From: Octopus bimaculoides
Lineage: Eukaryota
NCBI RefSeq assembly: GCF_001194135.2
Contig: NC_068982.1
Span: forward strand, 129,358,105 to 129,422,104
Direction: 5' to 3'
DNA: 64,000 nt
Shown here piece by piece: positions 1 through 14,039 of the stretch; the stretch's first letter is position 1; each line of letters opens with the position of its first letter. A program made the translations under genes and the position numbers. The notes under the pieces were generated by a model. The model was not told where the DNA came from and ran no database searches. It saw nothing but the letters and a program-made list of their open reading frames with translations.

Positions 1-885
1 TATAAATGTCTAAATATATATGTATGCATGCAGACACCTATGTGTATATGAGGATGAAGTTGCGTGCACATATACACCCATACATANNNNNNNNNNNNNN
101 NNNNNNNNNNNNNNNNNNNNNNNNNNNNNNNNNNNNNNNNNNNNNNNNNNNNNNNNNNNNNNNNNNNNNNNNNNNNNNNNNNNNNNNNNNNNNNNNNNNN
201 NNNNNNNNNNNNNNNNNNNNNNNNNNNNNNNNNNNNNNNNNNNNNNNNNNNNNNNNNNNNNNNNNNNNNNNNNNNNNNNNNNNNNNNNNNNNNNNNNNNN
301 NNNNNNNNNNNNNNNACATACATACATGCGTGCGTGTGGGGGGGATATGTATGAGTACGTACATGCACATATATGTTTGTGTGTGTATGTGCATGTACAT
401 ATACATGTTTGTGTGAGTGTGTACGTCTGTAGATTTTATGAACGCCGGAGGTTTTATGTCTATGTACTGTGAGAATATGGTTGCGTGTATTTTTTTTCTT
501 TTTTCTTTTTTTCTACTTATTAGAGTAACTTCCCTTTATTCAACGGTTTTTCATATCGTCTATTGCCATTAATAGCCGACGAGAATGCATCGTAGCTCTT
601 CGCTTCGACATTCGAAACTCCGAGTACTATACTGACAACTTACTATTTGTTCTAAATTATAGGCGCGGGCGCGCATATTCACGCGCGTGTGTGTATTTGT
701 GTCTATGTTTGTTCCCCACCACCACTTGACAACCAGTGTTGATATGTTTACGTCTCCTAAACCAAGCAGTTCGGCAAAAGAAATTGATAGAATAAGTACC
801 AGGCTTTCAAGCAAATACGTACCAGGGTCAATTCATTCGATTGAAGCCCTTCAAGGTAGTGCCCCAGTATGGCCGCAGTCTAATG

Positions 886-1286
886 ATTGAGTGGCTGTGT
901 GGTAAGTAGCTCGCTTACCAAGCACATGGTCTCGGGGTCATTCCCACTGCGTGGCACTTTGGGCAAGTGTCTTCTATTATAGCCTCGAGCCGACCGAAGC
1001 CTTATGAGTGAATTTGGTAGACGGAAACCGAAAGAAGCCCGTCGTATATATGTATATATCTATGTATGTGTGTGTATATGTTTGTGTGTCTGTGTCTGTC
1101 CCCTCAACATCGCTTGACAACCGATGCTGGTGTGTTTACGTCCCCGTAACATAGCGGTTCGGCAAAAGGAACCGATAGAACAAGTACTAGGCTTACAAAG
1201 AATAAGTCCTGGGGTCGATTTGCTCGACTAAAGGCGGTGCTCCAGCATGGCCACAGTCAAATGACTGAAACAAGTAAAAGAGTAAA
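886..1286 (+). mobile_element. tRNA-head SINE with internal (TA/TG) microsatellite, near full length
   Basis: Head tgagtggctgtgtggtaag...; body cactttgggcaagtgtcttctattatagcc; 3' end atgactgaaacaagtaaaaga. Partial copies of the same family at about 690-885, 22630-23090, 25590-25870, 26095-26420, 29570-29945, 31295-31560, 33050-33200, 37100-37380, 40370-40530, 42400-42570, 57600-57700. Confidence 0.8.
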
Positions 1287-1914
1287 GTTTCCTATTTTAG
1301 ACAGTAGAGTCTGCTTTGATGATAATTTGGCTGCTAATTCTAGCAGACCCGGAGACCTGGTTGAACTAATCTTTCTTTTGGTTAAACATGAGGACCTAAA
1401 GCAGGACGGGAGATTGTTTCCAGATTACAAACTACAATCTGATCGAGTAGACATCACGCTATCCCAGCAAACGGGATGTATTGTATATCGTGACCTACAG
1501 GCATGTTTCAACAATGAGATATTCAACTGTATATATGTGTATGAGTGTGTTGGTGTGTATGTGTATATGTATATATGTGTGTGTGCATTGTATTTATACA
1601 AAGACGAGAAAGAAAGCTGCATTAATATATACCAGATGATAGTTCTGGTATGAATGTGAAGCAAACTTTTTGATTTATTTTCTTCCTTTTCGTGAAGGTT
1701 TAATATTTGTGTTAATAAGTAACACAGTATTTGGAGGACGTTTCATATCAATTTGTGTGTATGTGTGTATGTGTGTACCACAGGTTTATACACACACACA
1801 CACACACACACACAACTTTACATGTATTTACATAGATTAATAAACAAAGGAACAACTGCGCAATAGAACTATTTCGGCCACATTAATATATTAGATCTTT
1901 GAATGTTAATAATA

Positions 1915-2130
1915 ATAATAATAATACTTTCTATTATAGGCACAAGGCCTGAAATTTGGGGGAAGGAGTTAAGTCGATTACATCGACTCCAGTGTTTCAC
2001 TGGTACTTAATTTATCGACCCCGAAAGGATGAAAGGCAAAGTCGAATTTGAACTCATTACTTAGCGACTGATGAAATACCGCGAAGCATTTCGTCCAGCA
2101 TGCTAACGATTCTGCCGGTTCGCCGCCTAA
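1915..2130 (-). mobile_element. tRNA-derived SINE (second family) with (AAT)n tail
   Basis: Minus strand aggcggcgaaccggcagaatcgttagc...gagttcaaattc...ggggtcgataaattaagtacc...aggccttgtgcctataatag. Related copies at about 3860-4060, 11780-11970, 30390-30660, 38070-38270, 50040-50190. Confidence 0.75.
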
Positions 2131-2871
2131 ATAATGGTTTCACATTTTGTCACAAGGGCAGCCATTTGCGGGGAGGGGATGTGTCGACCCCACGACACCG
2201 AAAAGATAAAATGCAAAGTCGNNNNNNNNNNNNNNNNNNNNNNNNNNNNNNNNNNNNNNNNNNNNNNNNNNNNNNNNNNNNNNNNNNNNNNNNNNNNNNN
2301 NNNNNNNNNNNNNNNNNNNNNNNNNNNNNNNNNNNNNNNNNNNNNNNNNNNNNNNNNNNNNNNNNNNNNNNNNNNNNNNNNNNNNNNNNNNNNNNNNNNN
2401 NNNNNNNNNNNNNNNNNNNNNNNNNNNNNNNNNNNNNNNNNNNNNNNNNNNNNNNNNNNNNNNNNNNNNNNNNNNNNNNNNNNNNNNNNNNNNNNNNNNN
2501 NNNNNNNNNNNNNNNNNNNNNNNNNNNNNNNNNNNNNNNNNNNNNNNNNNNNNNNNNNNNNNNNNNNNNNNNNNNNNNNNNNNNNNNNNNNNNNNNNNNN
2601 NNNNNNNNNNNNNNNNNNNNNNNNNNNNNNNNNNNNNNNNNNNNNNNNNNNNNNNNNNNNNNNNNNNNNNNNNNNNNNNNNNNNNNNNNNNNNNNNNNNN
2701 NNNNNNNNNNNNNNNNNNNNNNNNNNNNNNNNNNNNNNNNNNNNNNNNNNNNNNNNNNNNNNNNNNNNNNNNNNNNNNNNNNNNNNNNNNNNNNNNNNNN
2801 NNNNNNNNNNNNNNNNNNNNNNNNNNNNNNNNNNNNNNNNNNNNNNNNNNNNNNNNNNNNNNNNNNNNNNN

Positions 2872-3600
<729 letters not shown>

Positions 3601-6600
3601 TGAGTGTTCAGCTTTTTGGCCGAACGACCTGCACAAATGATTTCTTTATAGTGAACAAATGTTTGTGCTGTACAATAGCTCGCTCTCTCCATCAAATCGA
3701 CGTTACCTGAGCAGGTGCACGGTGTGCCATGCGCCAAGTGTTGAAGTGATTGGAGAGCATTTTACTCAAGAACACAACGCACCACCCGGTCTAGGAATTG
3801 AAACCACGATCTCCCGATAACCACTATGTCATAATAATGATAATAATAATAATAATACCTTTCTGTTATAGGCACAAGGCCTAAAATTTTAGGTATGTGG
3901 GATAGACAATTATGTCGACTCCAGTAATCAACTAGTTCTCATTTCATAAACCCCGGAAAATGAAAGGCAAGCGGGTCTCGGTTGGATTTGAACTCAGAAT
4001 GTAAAGCGCCTGAAGAAATGTCATTAAGCATTTCATCCGACACGTTAACGAAATCTTTCAGAAGATGACAACTACAGTTGTGTTATTAAGCTAAGAGGCA
4101 AGAATCACTTAGTCACACTTGAAGCACAGAGTCAAAAGAATTCATAAAATAGAGATCAAATTTGAACAAAATATGCAAGCAATCCTATACACAATATATA
4201 AGCAACAGAGAAAGTGAATTGTTAAAAATGGCTTTTCTGGAATTCGAACTAAGATTGAAATTTTGTTTTCTGTTTTTTAAATAAGCCATTTGACTTCCGT
4301 TGCAGAATTTATTGGAAGATCAATAAAGATGAGTGATTATGTGTGCTTGGATACGAACTCACGACCTTTGTAGCGAGAAACTAACACTCTTCATATTTAA
4401 AGCAAATCATATTAAGCATTAGTTTCCTTTGACTAGGTACTAAAACTTCATATTATACAGAGAAAATCTATATGGAGTATGGTCATGTACACAGCTTTCT
4501 CAAGAGTATAGGCGCTTTAAGTAATGGGAAACTGTTCAGTTTGTAGAACGAAAACCAGTTCAGATAAAATATTACATGTTTTATTGAAGTGAATGTGTTA
4601 GTTTACCAAACAGACGTTTTAAGTATTTTCATGGAGTCATTAAAGCTAGTCACTGATTCAGATGGGAATATTAGTGCTTAACCTTAGCTAATACTGTCTA
4701 AATATCACCTTAATCTAATCATTGAAGCATAAAGATTATTGTAATCTTCCTCTTAAATCAATGAACAGGATTTAAGCTCACGGCAATATTTTTTCTTTTT
4801 ATTTCTATTTCAGACAACTTGTATATTGTAATCAATTCATATTTAAATATTTTTTTCATTTCTTAATATGAAGGTGATGACGAGACCGTAGTGTTCGTGG
4901 TAAAGTCGGATGTTCGCAAGTCGGTTTCGCATCCCATTCATTAACGGATGACGTCGAGGGAAGAATTATTTTTTTATACAATTCTGTTTTTAGGCAATCC
5001 TATTCTATTCGCTTTAACTTAAGTGACAGGCGAATATTTGAGTATAGGAGAATGCTTTTGGATTTGTACCTTTGTTTAAAAAAATGAACTATTTTAATTA
5101 TTTTCACAATACGTGATGGTTTGATTTCTATTTACAACAGCTCTAAATCTCGTGCAAATCACACATTAGCTCACGTAGGCCTCAGAAGAGGGGATGGACA
5201 TTGCTGGAATGAATTGAACCATGTGTGTGCAAAAGTAAAATGTTCTCTTATACTCAAGTGACGGTACTCAATCTTATTCATTACAAACTACCACCAATTA
5301 GTTTCGATTAGTTTATTACTCTCTGAATACGAAGTAGCTGGGTTGATAATTTATTGAACTTCCATTTATTGAGAAGCAAGTTCAAATCTGCTCTCGATGT
5401 TGCGTTATTTCTAAGCCAGTGAACCAACCTTGTCAGTGGTGGAGTGAGCTCACAAATGGCGGGAGGGCGATTGTGGAGTAGGTTCTAAGGTGGAGGTTAT
5501 GTGTTTAGAGGAGTCGTGAAGTTTCTTAGAAAATATCTAAACCAGATATAATACTTATATTTTAAACACATTTTCAAAAAATGTTTGTCTGGATTAAAAT
5601 ATGTGTTGGAGGACATTGTGTTATTAATGAACAGAATAATGATGTGCTTAGTGATTACGATATTCGGCTCACAATCGTAAGGTCGTCAATTCTATTTCCC
5701 GGTAACGCATTGTGTCCTTGAGCAAGATACTTTATTTCACATTGCTTCAATTCACTCAGCTGGCAAAAATGAGTAGCATCTCTATTTCAAAGGGCCAGCT
5801 TTGTCGCATTCTGTGTCACGCTGAATCTCCCTGAGAACTACGTTAAGGGTATATAATTCTTTGCGTCCATAAAAGAGCACTAGTTCTAAAAATCCAAAAC
5901 GAAAGCGGTGCATGGGATAATGGAATGGCATAAGATAATTATAGCTTGTTTGATTAAAGTAACGTGTTTTGGGTGGGAAGTGGGGTTCTACAAAACATGC
6001 AAAGAGGGATTTCTAAAACGCTCTTTGGTAAGCACGGAGTGCTGAGTTACTAAGGGTTGGGAAGGTAGATAAACCAATTAATGTGTGCAGGATCCACTCC
6101 TATCAATATTGACTTCGTTTTTATAGAAATATTGATTAGATGGTCTAATAGAGTTATCACCCTTAGCCGTTATGAAATTTCTAAACGCTCTTGTATAGGG
6201 AGTTTTTGTTTGCTAATTGTATAGATAGCCTCTGTGTATCGAAATTTTCAACACACTTTATCCTGTAGACATATACAACGGAGGTGAAAGGAAGATGATA
6301 GGTTTGGACCAACATTCCACCTCGTAACTCCATTCAAATATAATTATTATCTAACATTAATTTTGTGTTGTTTCCAAATTAGACAACTAATAGTGGACCC
6401 ATTGTAATAACTGAGAACCCTTCGATCGAAATCCTGCTATGCCCATGACATATGTGAGACCCTACTGTATGTGTGTATTTAGTTTGAAGAACTCTTCCCT
6501 GATGTATTTTATCTCAGTTCCTGTAAAGAATAGGCACCAGATCTTTAAAGGAAAAAAAATCAACAGAGCAGATGGAGCGACATAGAAAACAGTTACTATC

Positions 6601-6859
6601 ATAGCTTAGTGATGAAATCACTGACCTTGGAAACTATCGATCCTGAGTTTAATCTTGACAAGAAATTGCCGTGTATAAATGTATACCTTTGTTTCACGAT
6701 AAGTTTGCTTTTATTTTCATATATGGTTCACAAATTGAGTACTTAGCGTTGTACTTGTAGTGAAACTACCTCCCGCCATTAGATACAAACTACTATCGCC
6801 ATTACATACAATCTTCTCATTTAAATATAAATAAATGCGAGCGTAGTAGAGAACCCATT

Positions 6860-7329
6860 CCTTGTCCATCACGTGACTGATCATTATTCGAATCGGCAAC
6901 TTCTTCGAACCGTTCCCGCCAGAACGCAAACTGACCAATCACGGCCCCTAATAAGGTCACGTGACGGAGTAAAATTCTGAAGGCATTTGGAGCCCTCTTA
7001 ACGCTATATATAGAGCAACTCATACCCAATAATTTGTCTCGGTCCAGTTTCTCTTTGAGAACTGTTCCGTGTACCACACTACAGCAGCAGCAGTTCCAGC
7101 GACCACTTCAGCAGCTTCGTCCAGCCACGATGACCTCCGCCGTCGCCACATCAGCAACAAGAGTCTACTACTGCTATCCAGCATCATCATCATGACCAAC
7201 ACGATTCTACGATTACTACTAACCAGCAACAATCTCTACCAGCGTCAACACGATTTACTATGTACACCACACCAAACTCCGCGGCACATCTCTCTCTTCG
7301 ATTCTGTTAGGTGACTCAGCTTCACCACG
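6860..7329 (+). promoter_or_regulatory. TATA/CCAAT/E-box promoter plus putative non-coding first exon (leader A)
   Basis: CACGTG 6870-6875, CCAAT 6935-6939, palindromic GTCACGTGAC 6956-6965, TATATATA 7005-7012, CpG-rich C/A-rich leader, donor G|GTAAAT at 7330. Confidence 0.5.
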
Positions 7330-7861
7330 GTAAATAAACAGACAAGAGTTCTTAAACNNNNNNNNNNNNNNNNNNNNNNNNNNNNNNNNNNNNNNNNNNN
7401 NNNNNNNNTAAACACTCATACACACATGTATCACTCACATACATACTTTTCTTTGTACGACGGCCTGTCTTTGATTATGTTCTTATATGTCGCATTCACA
7501 CTCTCACACAGACATACATCTTTAACGCCATAATAAATATCTCTGTTATTCATCTAATACGGTTGTGGTCTTTCATTACTGGTCATCTATGTTATCGTCG
7601 TATAACATATCATGTATATCATTCATTGATATATAATTGTGTGTTCGACCGTGTGACACGTTTAAATAAAAGGAGTCCTCTGTTTTTTCCATTCGTCACC
7701 ATTACTCCTTTTATGAGTTCGCACGGTCGTCCCTAACATACTTTTTGTTGTTTAGTCCTGGTTTAAACCAGATCTAACAGATTTATGAGCAAAAGCATTC
7801 CAGTCGGGTTATTTCATATCTACATTACCTCATATATCCTTTCTTTATATGTGATGGTGGG

Positions 7862-8171
7862 TAGAGGCGCAGCCAGGGTCTACATTTAGTGGGAGCGAGC
7901 ACATAAAAAGAAGGCGCCGTGACATACCAAACAATTTTAAACTCATTTCTCTTATATTACGCAAAATATTTCATTAGTTATAATATACGTAATTGAATTC
8001 TACATTCGTTAGTTTTGTGTTTCAGTAACAATGTCATTATGTGTGATACTTACAAATACTGATATAGCTAACTAAAGAGTTTTTTTTTAATTGTTGAAAA
8101 GGCACCAATTTTGAAAAATGGGCTCGTGGGAAGCGGTCGCTCCTGTTGTTCCCCTGCTAGCTATGCCACTG
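7862..8171. mobile_element. Old hAT-type MITE
   Basis: Imperfect TIRs tagaggcgcagccag / revcomp cagtggcatagctag; degenerate 8-bp TSD atggtggg (7854-7861) vs atagtagg (8172-8179). Confidence 0.5.
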
Positions 8172-8669
8172 ATAGTAGGGTGTAATTTGAATGAGACTTA
8201 GCATCTGTTTCTCGCAGGTCGAGTAACCACGTACAAGCTTCCTCGTTGATTCGTGTACAAATGTGTTGATGGAAATATGTTTTATTATCCCAGGGAAGGC
8301 GTGATGCGATTAACGTTGAATTAGATGTCGACACATGATGAGAATACATGAGATGACATGGCATACTATATTGCAGTAGTTACTTGATTATCTAACTGAT
8401 TTAATGTAAGGAGCGGAGTTTAAGGAGAGAGACATGCAATGGAGGCGGTAAGATAGGAAGATGGGTTTGTAAGGAAGATGGTATACAACCTGAATATTCT
8501 GAAGAGTAAAAGTCGTCATAGTAGAAGTGTAGAAAAAAGAAACGCAACAGTCGTCACTCGTAAGCGAGTGTAGCGTAGACTTGGGTGAAATTCCTCTCTC
8601 CCATTTATTATACATACGTGCATTCGAACGTAGCAGGGAACAGCTATTTGGACCACTTTGTGCCCACCA

Positions 8670-9234
8670 CTCTGATTGGTTGGTATTGGCGCAATTTGTC
8701 TCTTACTCTGTCGCGCCAACTTGCCGTGTATAACCAGTCGGAGGCACTAAATAGGATTGCGCGGGACAGTCTGTTTACAACTCTGCTTTAGCCTACAGCT
8801 CCTTATAAAAACTCAGCTTTTCCTCGTTCCGAAGTCTTTCGTTCCAGACCTTTTAAGGTCTAGCCACTGACCAAAAAAGACACAGCCAGTTCCAGTGACA
8901 ACGCCAGACAACACCACTACCACCACCACAGCAGCTACATTGAGACTTACCGACTTTGTCCAATAGCATTACGGCAACCTCCGTCTTCGTCGCCACCGCC
9001 ATCTCCCTATGTACACAGCTCAGAAAGCGACTCATCCAGGTTCCAAGTTCACTGTTCGTGAATTACTACTCAACAGCGAATATACAACCTGTATGAACTC
9101 CTGTACAAGTGACCCAGGCAGCAGCATCACAGCCACGACTTCACGTACGACACGTACCTGTAACCGGCTCAGCATCATAGTTGCGACTTCTCGATACAGT
9201 ATTTCAACTACCATGTACTATTAACTACGAGCTG
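8670..9234 (+). promoter_or_regulatory. TATA/CCAAT promoter plus putative non-coding first exon (leader B)
   Basis: ATTGG 8675-8679, TTGGCGC 8686-8692 and GCGCCAA 8713-8719 (E2F-like), TGTTTAC 8772-8778 (FOX-like), TATAAAA 8804-8810, CpG-rich leader, donor G|GTATTA at 9235. Confidence 0.45.
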
Positions 9235-10064
9235 GTATTATCTTTCTTGTGTCTATGAACTTACTTCTCACTTCGATGGCTACAGACTCTTTCACTTTCA
9301 TATCGCGATCCTTAAATGTTCTTAATACGCGCATACATCTATGCCTACATATACACATACACTTTGTTCTCATGATGGCCTGTCTATTATTTTGCATACA
9401 TGACGCACACACAGGCACACATGTTAACATATCAACAAATGTTCTCTTAATCATTCTACGCGGTTGTGTCTTTTTCTCTCTGGCATATATTTGTTCCATT
9501 CAATTTTTCTTTATTGTAACGGCTGGGTGATGTGGTACTAAAGAGCCATTCCCCTCACCTCATATTGCACAGTCATTTACTCAAGTATGGCTGAGTAGCA
9601 AGCCCCACGCTTTCGCTAATCGTCTTAGATGTCTTTGTAGTGACAAACAAATACGGATACTCTCTTGGCCTTCACACAAGATGTCCGAGACCCACAGGAA
9701 CATTAAAAATGTGACAGCTAGAGTTAGTGAGGGCTGTACCAGCACTAGGCTGGTACTCAAATTCAGCCGAGCGTACTGGAGCAACGCAAAATTAAGTGTC
9801 TTACTCAAGACACACCGCACTGCATTTTCTAATAACCGAACTTACCACCTCATAATCGGGAGCTTAATACCCTAATCACTGGGCCATGCACCTTCAGATA
9901 ACAGGGGCATAAAAAGTTGGTTATTTTGATAAACATGCCTCCTCGAATAGTAGAATTATTGGCTGCTGCCACTGCTGTTCAGTTACTGTCGTTCCCAGTA
10001 GTGTAGCTAGAGTGTGTGACACCCAGGTTAACCCTTGAGTTCCTCCCCACCATGTGGCGTATAA

Positions 10065-10392
10065 CTAACTGGCGTTCTGCCGGCTACAACGATGAGTATT
10101 CTGGTTGATTCGATCAACGGAACAGTCTGCTCGTAAAGTTAACGCGCAAGTGGCTGAGCACTTCACAGACACGCGTACCATTAACGTACTTCTCTGGGAG
10201 ATTCAACGTAACACAGAATGTGACAAGGCTGGCCCTTTGAAATGCAGGTTCTACTCATTTTTTGTTTGCTGAGTGGACTAGAATAACGTAAAATAAAGTG
10301 TCAAGCGCAAGAACACAACATACCGCTGGGAATCGAATTCACGGCATTACGATCGTGAATCGAATACCATAACCACTAAACCACGCGCCTTC
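10065..10392 (-). mobile_element. tRNA-head SINE (third family)
   Basis: Shares gtggctgagcac..cacagacacg.gtacc.ttaacgta and gacaaggctggccctttgaa with the copies at 27174-27559 and 5640-5850. Confidence 0.75.
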
Positions 10393-12030
10393 ATTCAGGC
10401 GCATAAACCTGTTCAGTTTTACTCAGTAAACCCAAAAGTGCCACCCCATAAAAGCATCGTTTCAGCCGTGATCATTTCGTCGTTTTTGTCAGGTATGGTG
10501 TACATTATAGACTACGTTATCCAAATGTGCTCTTCGTTCTCTATGATGATATGATATGATCTGGAAGTGATATGACTTTCAGTTCTTGCAGATCTAATAA
10601 TTGGCTCATAAATTCATTTATTGAAAATAGAAGCATACCTATATGTAACTTCATAAATATAAGCAGTAGAGGTGGAAATAGAAGAGAAAGAAACGGTATG
10701 TGTTTTGTGAATGATCAAGAGGAAAATATACTTTTGCAACATCAACATGAATGATGTTATTAGAAAATACCTTAACGTTTAATGAGCGTTCAATATTAGC
10801 TTCGTTTTGTGAACAAGATGTAAAAACTGCAAGAGCTCCTCATTATTAATCGATAGGACTGTTTTGGCAGGTTTTTCTTCCAAACAATTTAATTTGGTAA
10901 CTACAAGTCGACACCTGATACACCTGAAGAACTAAAAGTAACCAGAAAGACGAATACACACTTGGAAACAGAAACAGGAGAATGAGAATACGTAAATAAC
11001 GAAAATAGAAAATTTAATCGAGAAGAGAGTAAGAGAAGGATATAATGAGCGATAAACATGTACAAATATTTCATCATATATCAAAGTACAGAAATAATTC
11101 TATGGAAAACGATAGCTCGTTAACTATTCTATTGCCAAAGAATGTCTTTGGGATTGCCTTCTGGAAAACAAACCGTCATGAAATATTTAAAAACAACCCT
11201 CAACCTGATGCATTTCGTATTACAAAAAATGTTCCGTGTTTGTTTGCTAGTGTACACCTCTCCAAATAAATGTTTGTCTTTTGTTCAAATAATTTTATTT
11301 CACTCTTCACAAATACAGAAATATTTCGACACCAAAAATAACAAAAACATCCGATTTTTCTCTACTCATTTGCTCAAAAATTGTTTCCGAAGCACTGCCT
11401 TTCCGATCTGGAATTACTCAGTAATGTAGAAAAATAACATTTGTCTCATCAATAATAACAAATATATGCTGATAAAATAATAACGTCGGGTTGTTACCTA
11501 ATGTAACGAGGAAGCATCATAAGATTGTTGATTGAATAAGATGACATAACGTTAAGTTCTGAAACCAACATATCTATTCTTGTTACTTGACTATCAGAAA
11601 GTTATTAAGATCAGAGAAAAGTTAAATCTCAATGACTTGAACATACTAGATCAAGGCTTCTCTAACTTTTTATTTGATAAACTCCTTGTAACAAAATTTC
11701 ATTTTAATTCCACCCCAAACAACTTAACAAAACAATTTACATGAAAAAAGAATTAGTAAACTATAAATGTTTGTAGTTTAGAAACAAGGCCAATAGTTTT
11801 GAGGGAAAGTAATTGATCGATACCATCGACTAAGGACTTGATTGGTACTTTATCTTATCCATCCTGAAAAACTGAAAGGCAAAGTTGACATCGACAGGAT
11901 TTCAACTTAGATCGTAAAGAGCCGGAATAAATACTCCTATTTTTCCGACGTTGTAAGAATTTTGCCAGTTCAATGCAAACTCACTTGTGTTATTTTCTTA
12001 GTCTTTGTCACCCTCCTTGACGCTCCCTAG

Positions 12031-12083
12031 CACATGACGCTTCGGGCGACTACCCGAGTTGTCGGTACCTTGAGCCGGCCCTG
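12031..12083. mobile_element. Truncated inverted copy of the 12238-12393 MITE end
   Basis: Reverse complement cagggccggctcaaggtaccgacaactcgggtagtcgccc aligns to 12238-12290. Confidence 0.8.
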
Positions 12084-12237
12084 ATTGCGGATGTCACAAA
12101 GCACTATGTTCTGTTCGAAGTGCTTCTCAGTTTGCTTAGTAAATAATGCTTATGGCTCATGACTAAACTCAAATTTCACTATATACCAGCTTGGAAAAGC
12201 TTGTAAAATGGGTTCAACAGGTGCACACTCCTTGGGA

Positions 12238-12393
12238 CAGGGCTGGCTCAAGGTACCCGCAACTCGGGCAGTCGCCCGCGGCACCATGTGCTTTTTAGTC
12301 TACATTTTCAGTTTTTCTCCTTGTAAAAGTTTTTAAAAATAATACTTGTAAGGGTGCTGAAGTTCACCGCCAGCAACCCTTGGACCGGCCCTG
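12238..12393. mobile_element. hAT MITE, 156 bp, with perfect 8-bp TSD
   Basis: TIRs cagggctggc / accggccctg; TSD CCTTGGGA at 12230-12237 and 12394-12401. Confidence 0.9.
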
Positions 12394-13079
12394 CCTTGGG
12401 ATATTTTGGTACAGTTTTACGTTAATCCAAGTCCATGTAAATATGGGTGTCGATTCAATGAACGAAAGTAAATTCAATAGATTCTTCTTTAAGAAATGTG
12501 TTTCAATTTGCGCTTTCCACTTTAAGTTTAAATGGAGAAGTAATCCATTCAAGAATTTCCACGTTTAGAAGATGCTTGAAATTTTGTGGATTAAAGTTTG
12601 AAATCAACATTTGTAAACGGCATTATTTCTTTGGTTTACACGATGACCCAAGTTTCAACCAGGCTTTTCTTGCATAAATTTCAGAAGCAAACCTACATTA
12701 AATTGTTTTCTTGTATTAAATAACTGACATATACATATAACAGTAAAATGTAGACGGATATTATGATAACTGTCCTGTAACTTCAACCGAATTCTGCGCC
12801 AGTTATTGATTTCTGTTGGCAATGTCACTTTATTCCCGAGATAATAGCATGGAACTAGATTTTTGTAAATCTGTCGGGAGAAAACAAATCAAAATATGAT
12901 TTAATCATATACAAATTACTTAGCTTCATAATTTATTAATCACTAAGCCATGAGGTTCCTTATTTCATAATTGGAATTAAGCATTTTTTTTCCATTTCCT
13001 CTCTGATTTTATTATATGACAATGGGTGAATTCCAAAGTCAAATGAAATACACAGACCGTTAAACATGATATCGGTCCA

Positions 13080-13380
13080 AAAGAAACGGAACTCCTTTAT
13101 TTAAAAAAAAGCAAATTTATAGCTTTATTTACAATTTAATTAGATTTGTATCCTTCAGAATACTCTCTTCCATTGCTGAAACGCTACTCCCAGCATTTTT
13201 ACTAGTTTGGGAACACTTCTTGAGACACATTTTTATGGATACTGCGCAGTCCTCATAATGAATTTTCTTCGATCACTTCTGTCATCTTAAATCGGTGATC
13301 TTTCTTGATGGTTTTCAACTTTGGGGACAAAAATGTCAACAGAAACCAAATCCAGATAGTAGGGCTACTTGGGAACGAGT
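13080..13380 (-). mobile_element. Degenerate mariner transposase C-terminal fragment
   Basis: Broken frames PYYLDLVSVD..PKLKT..HRFK..EVIEENSL..WE..SNGREYSEG resemble the mariner YSPDLAP.DF.LFPKLK...WE.CI...G.YFEG region; several stops and a frameshift. Confidence 0.72.
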
Positions 13381-14039
13381 GTTATATTCTGCTTTGCCAA
13401 AAAACAAACAAATAAAAAAAAGTCACAGATAAAAAGTAACACTTGAGCCGGTGCGTCGTAGCACAAATTTTGTTTGTCCATGCATCTGGCCTTTGCCTCC
13501 GCCCTGTGTCTCTAAAAACATCTCACATTTGAATAAAACTCATAGCTGGTCGTTTAATCACAAAGAACAAGTTAATGATAAACGATGCCCATCTAGTCAT
13601 TTGAGTAACATATACAAATGGCCTAGGTTCATAATTCCTTACTAATGGAATTAAGCAAGATATACAAACAGCTTCCTTTCTCTTCCTCGGATTTTATTAA
13701 AGTGACACAATTTTACCTGGAAGGAGGTGTCTCCGGATCTTTTATTACAAATTCTTACTTCTCATGAGTTGGTGGAAATAATACCAGAAACGAGCTTTCA
13801 ATTAACAGCGACACTTTATTCTTCCATTAAATAAAATTATACAGTGAACCAGATTAATACATCACGAAGAATGCTGTCTGTAGTTGGTTTTTCAACTCAG
13901 TCGAACTTGGTTTCATGTGCTTCATCAACAAAAATAATGTGATATAGCTTCCTGAACACAACCTCTCCCATCTGCTTAAAATGAAAAACATCATTAACAG
14001 AAAGAGGCTCAAACAAGCATTTTTAATTTGCCGCTTTTG

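Noticed and set aside
6-472. Long ORFs full of X here and at 2100-3108, 21142-21714, 24065-25207 and 47632-48451
   Set aside because: Artefacts of N gaps and flanking microsatellites; no coding evidence.
1293-1530. Possible + strand exon (ttttag acceptor, open frame with IVYRDLQ resembling a kinase catalytic loop)
   Set aside because: No other kinase motifs, no convincing donor and no partner exons found; the ORF starts in a SINE and ends in a microsatellite.
7020-7232. Minus-strand ORFs over the CpG islands (7020-7232, 8853-9035, 9032-9214) as coding exons
   Set aside because: Low-complexity translations with no family resemblance; promoter motif order favours + strand leaders, although minus donors exist.
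10572-11429. Short + strand ORFs (10572-10754, 11045-11269, 11142-11429) as body of the orphan gene
   Set aside because: AT-rich, no recognisable domain and no consistent splice phase linking them to the leaders.
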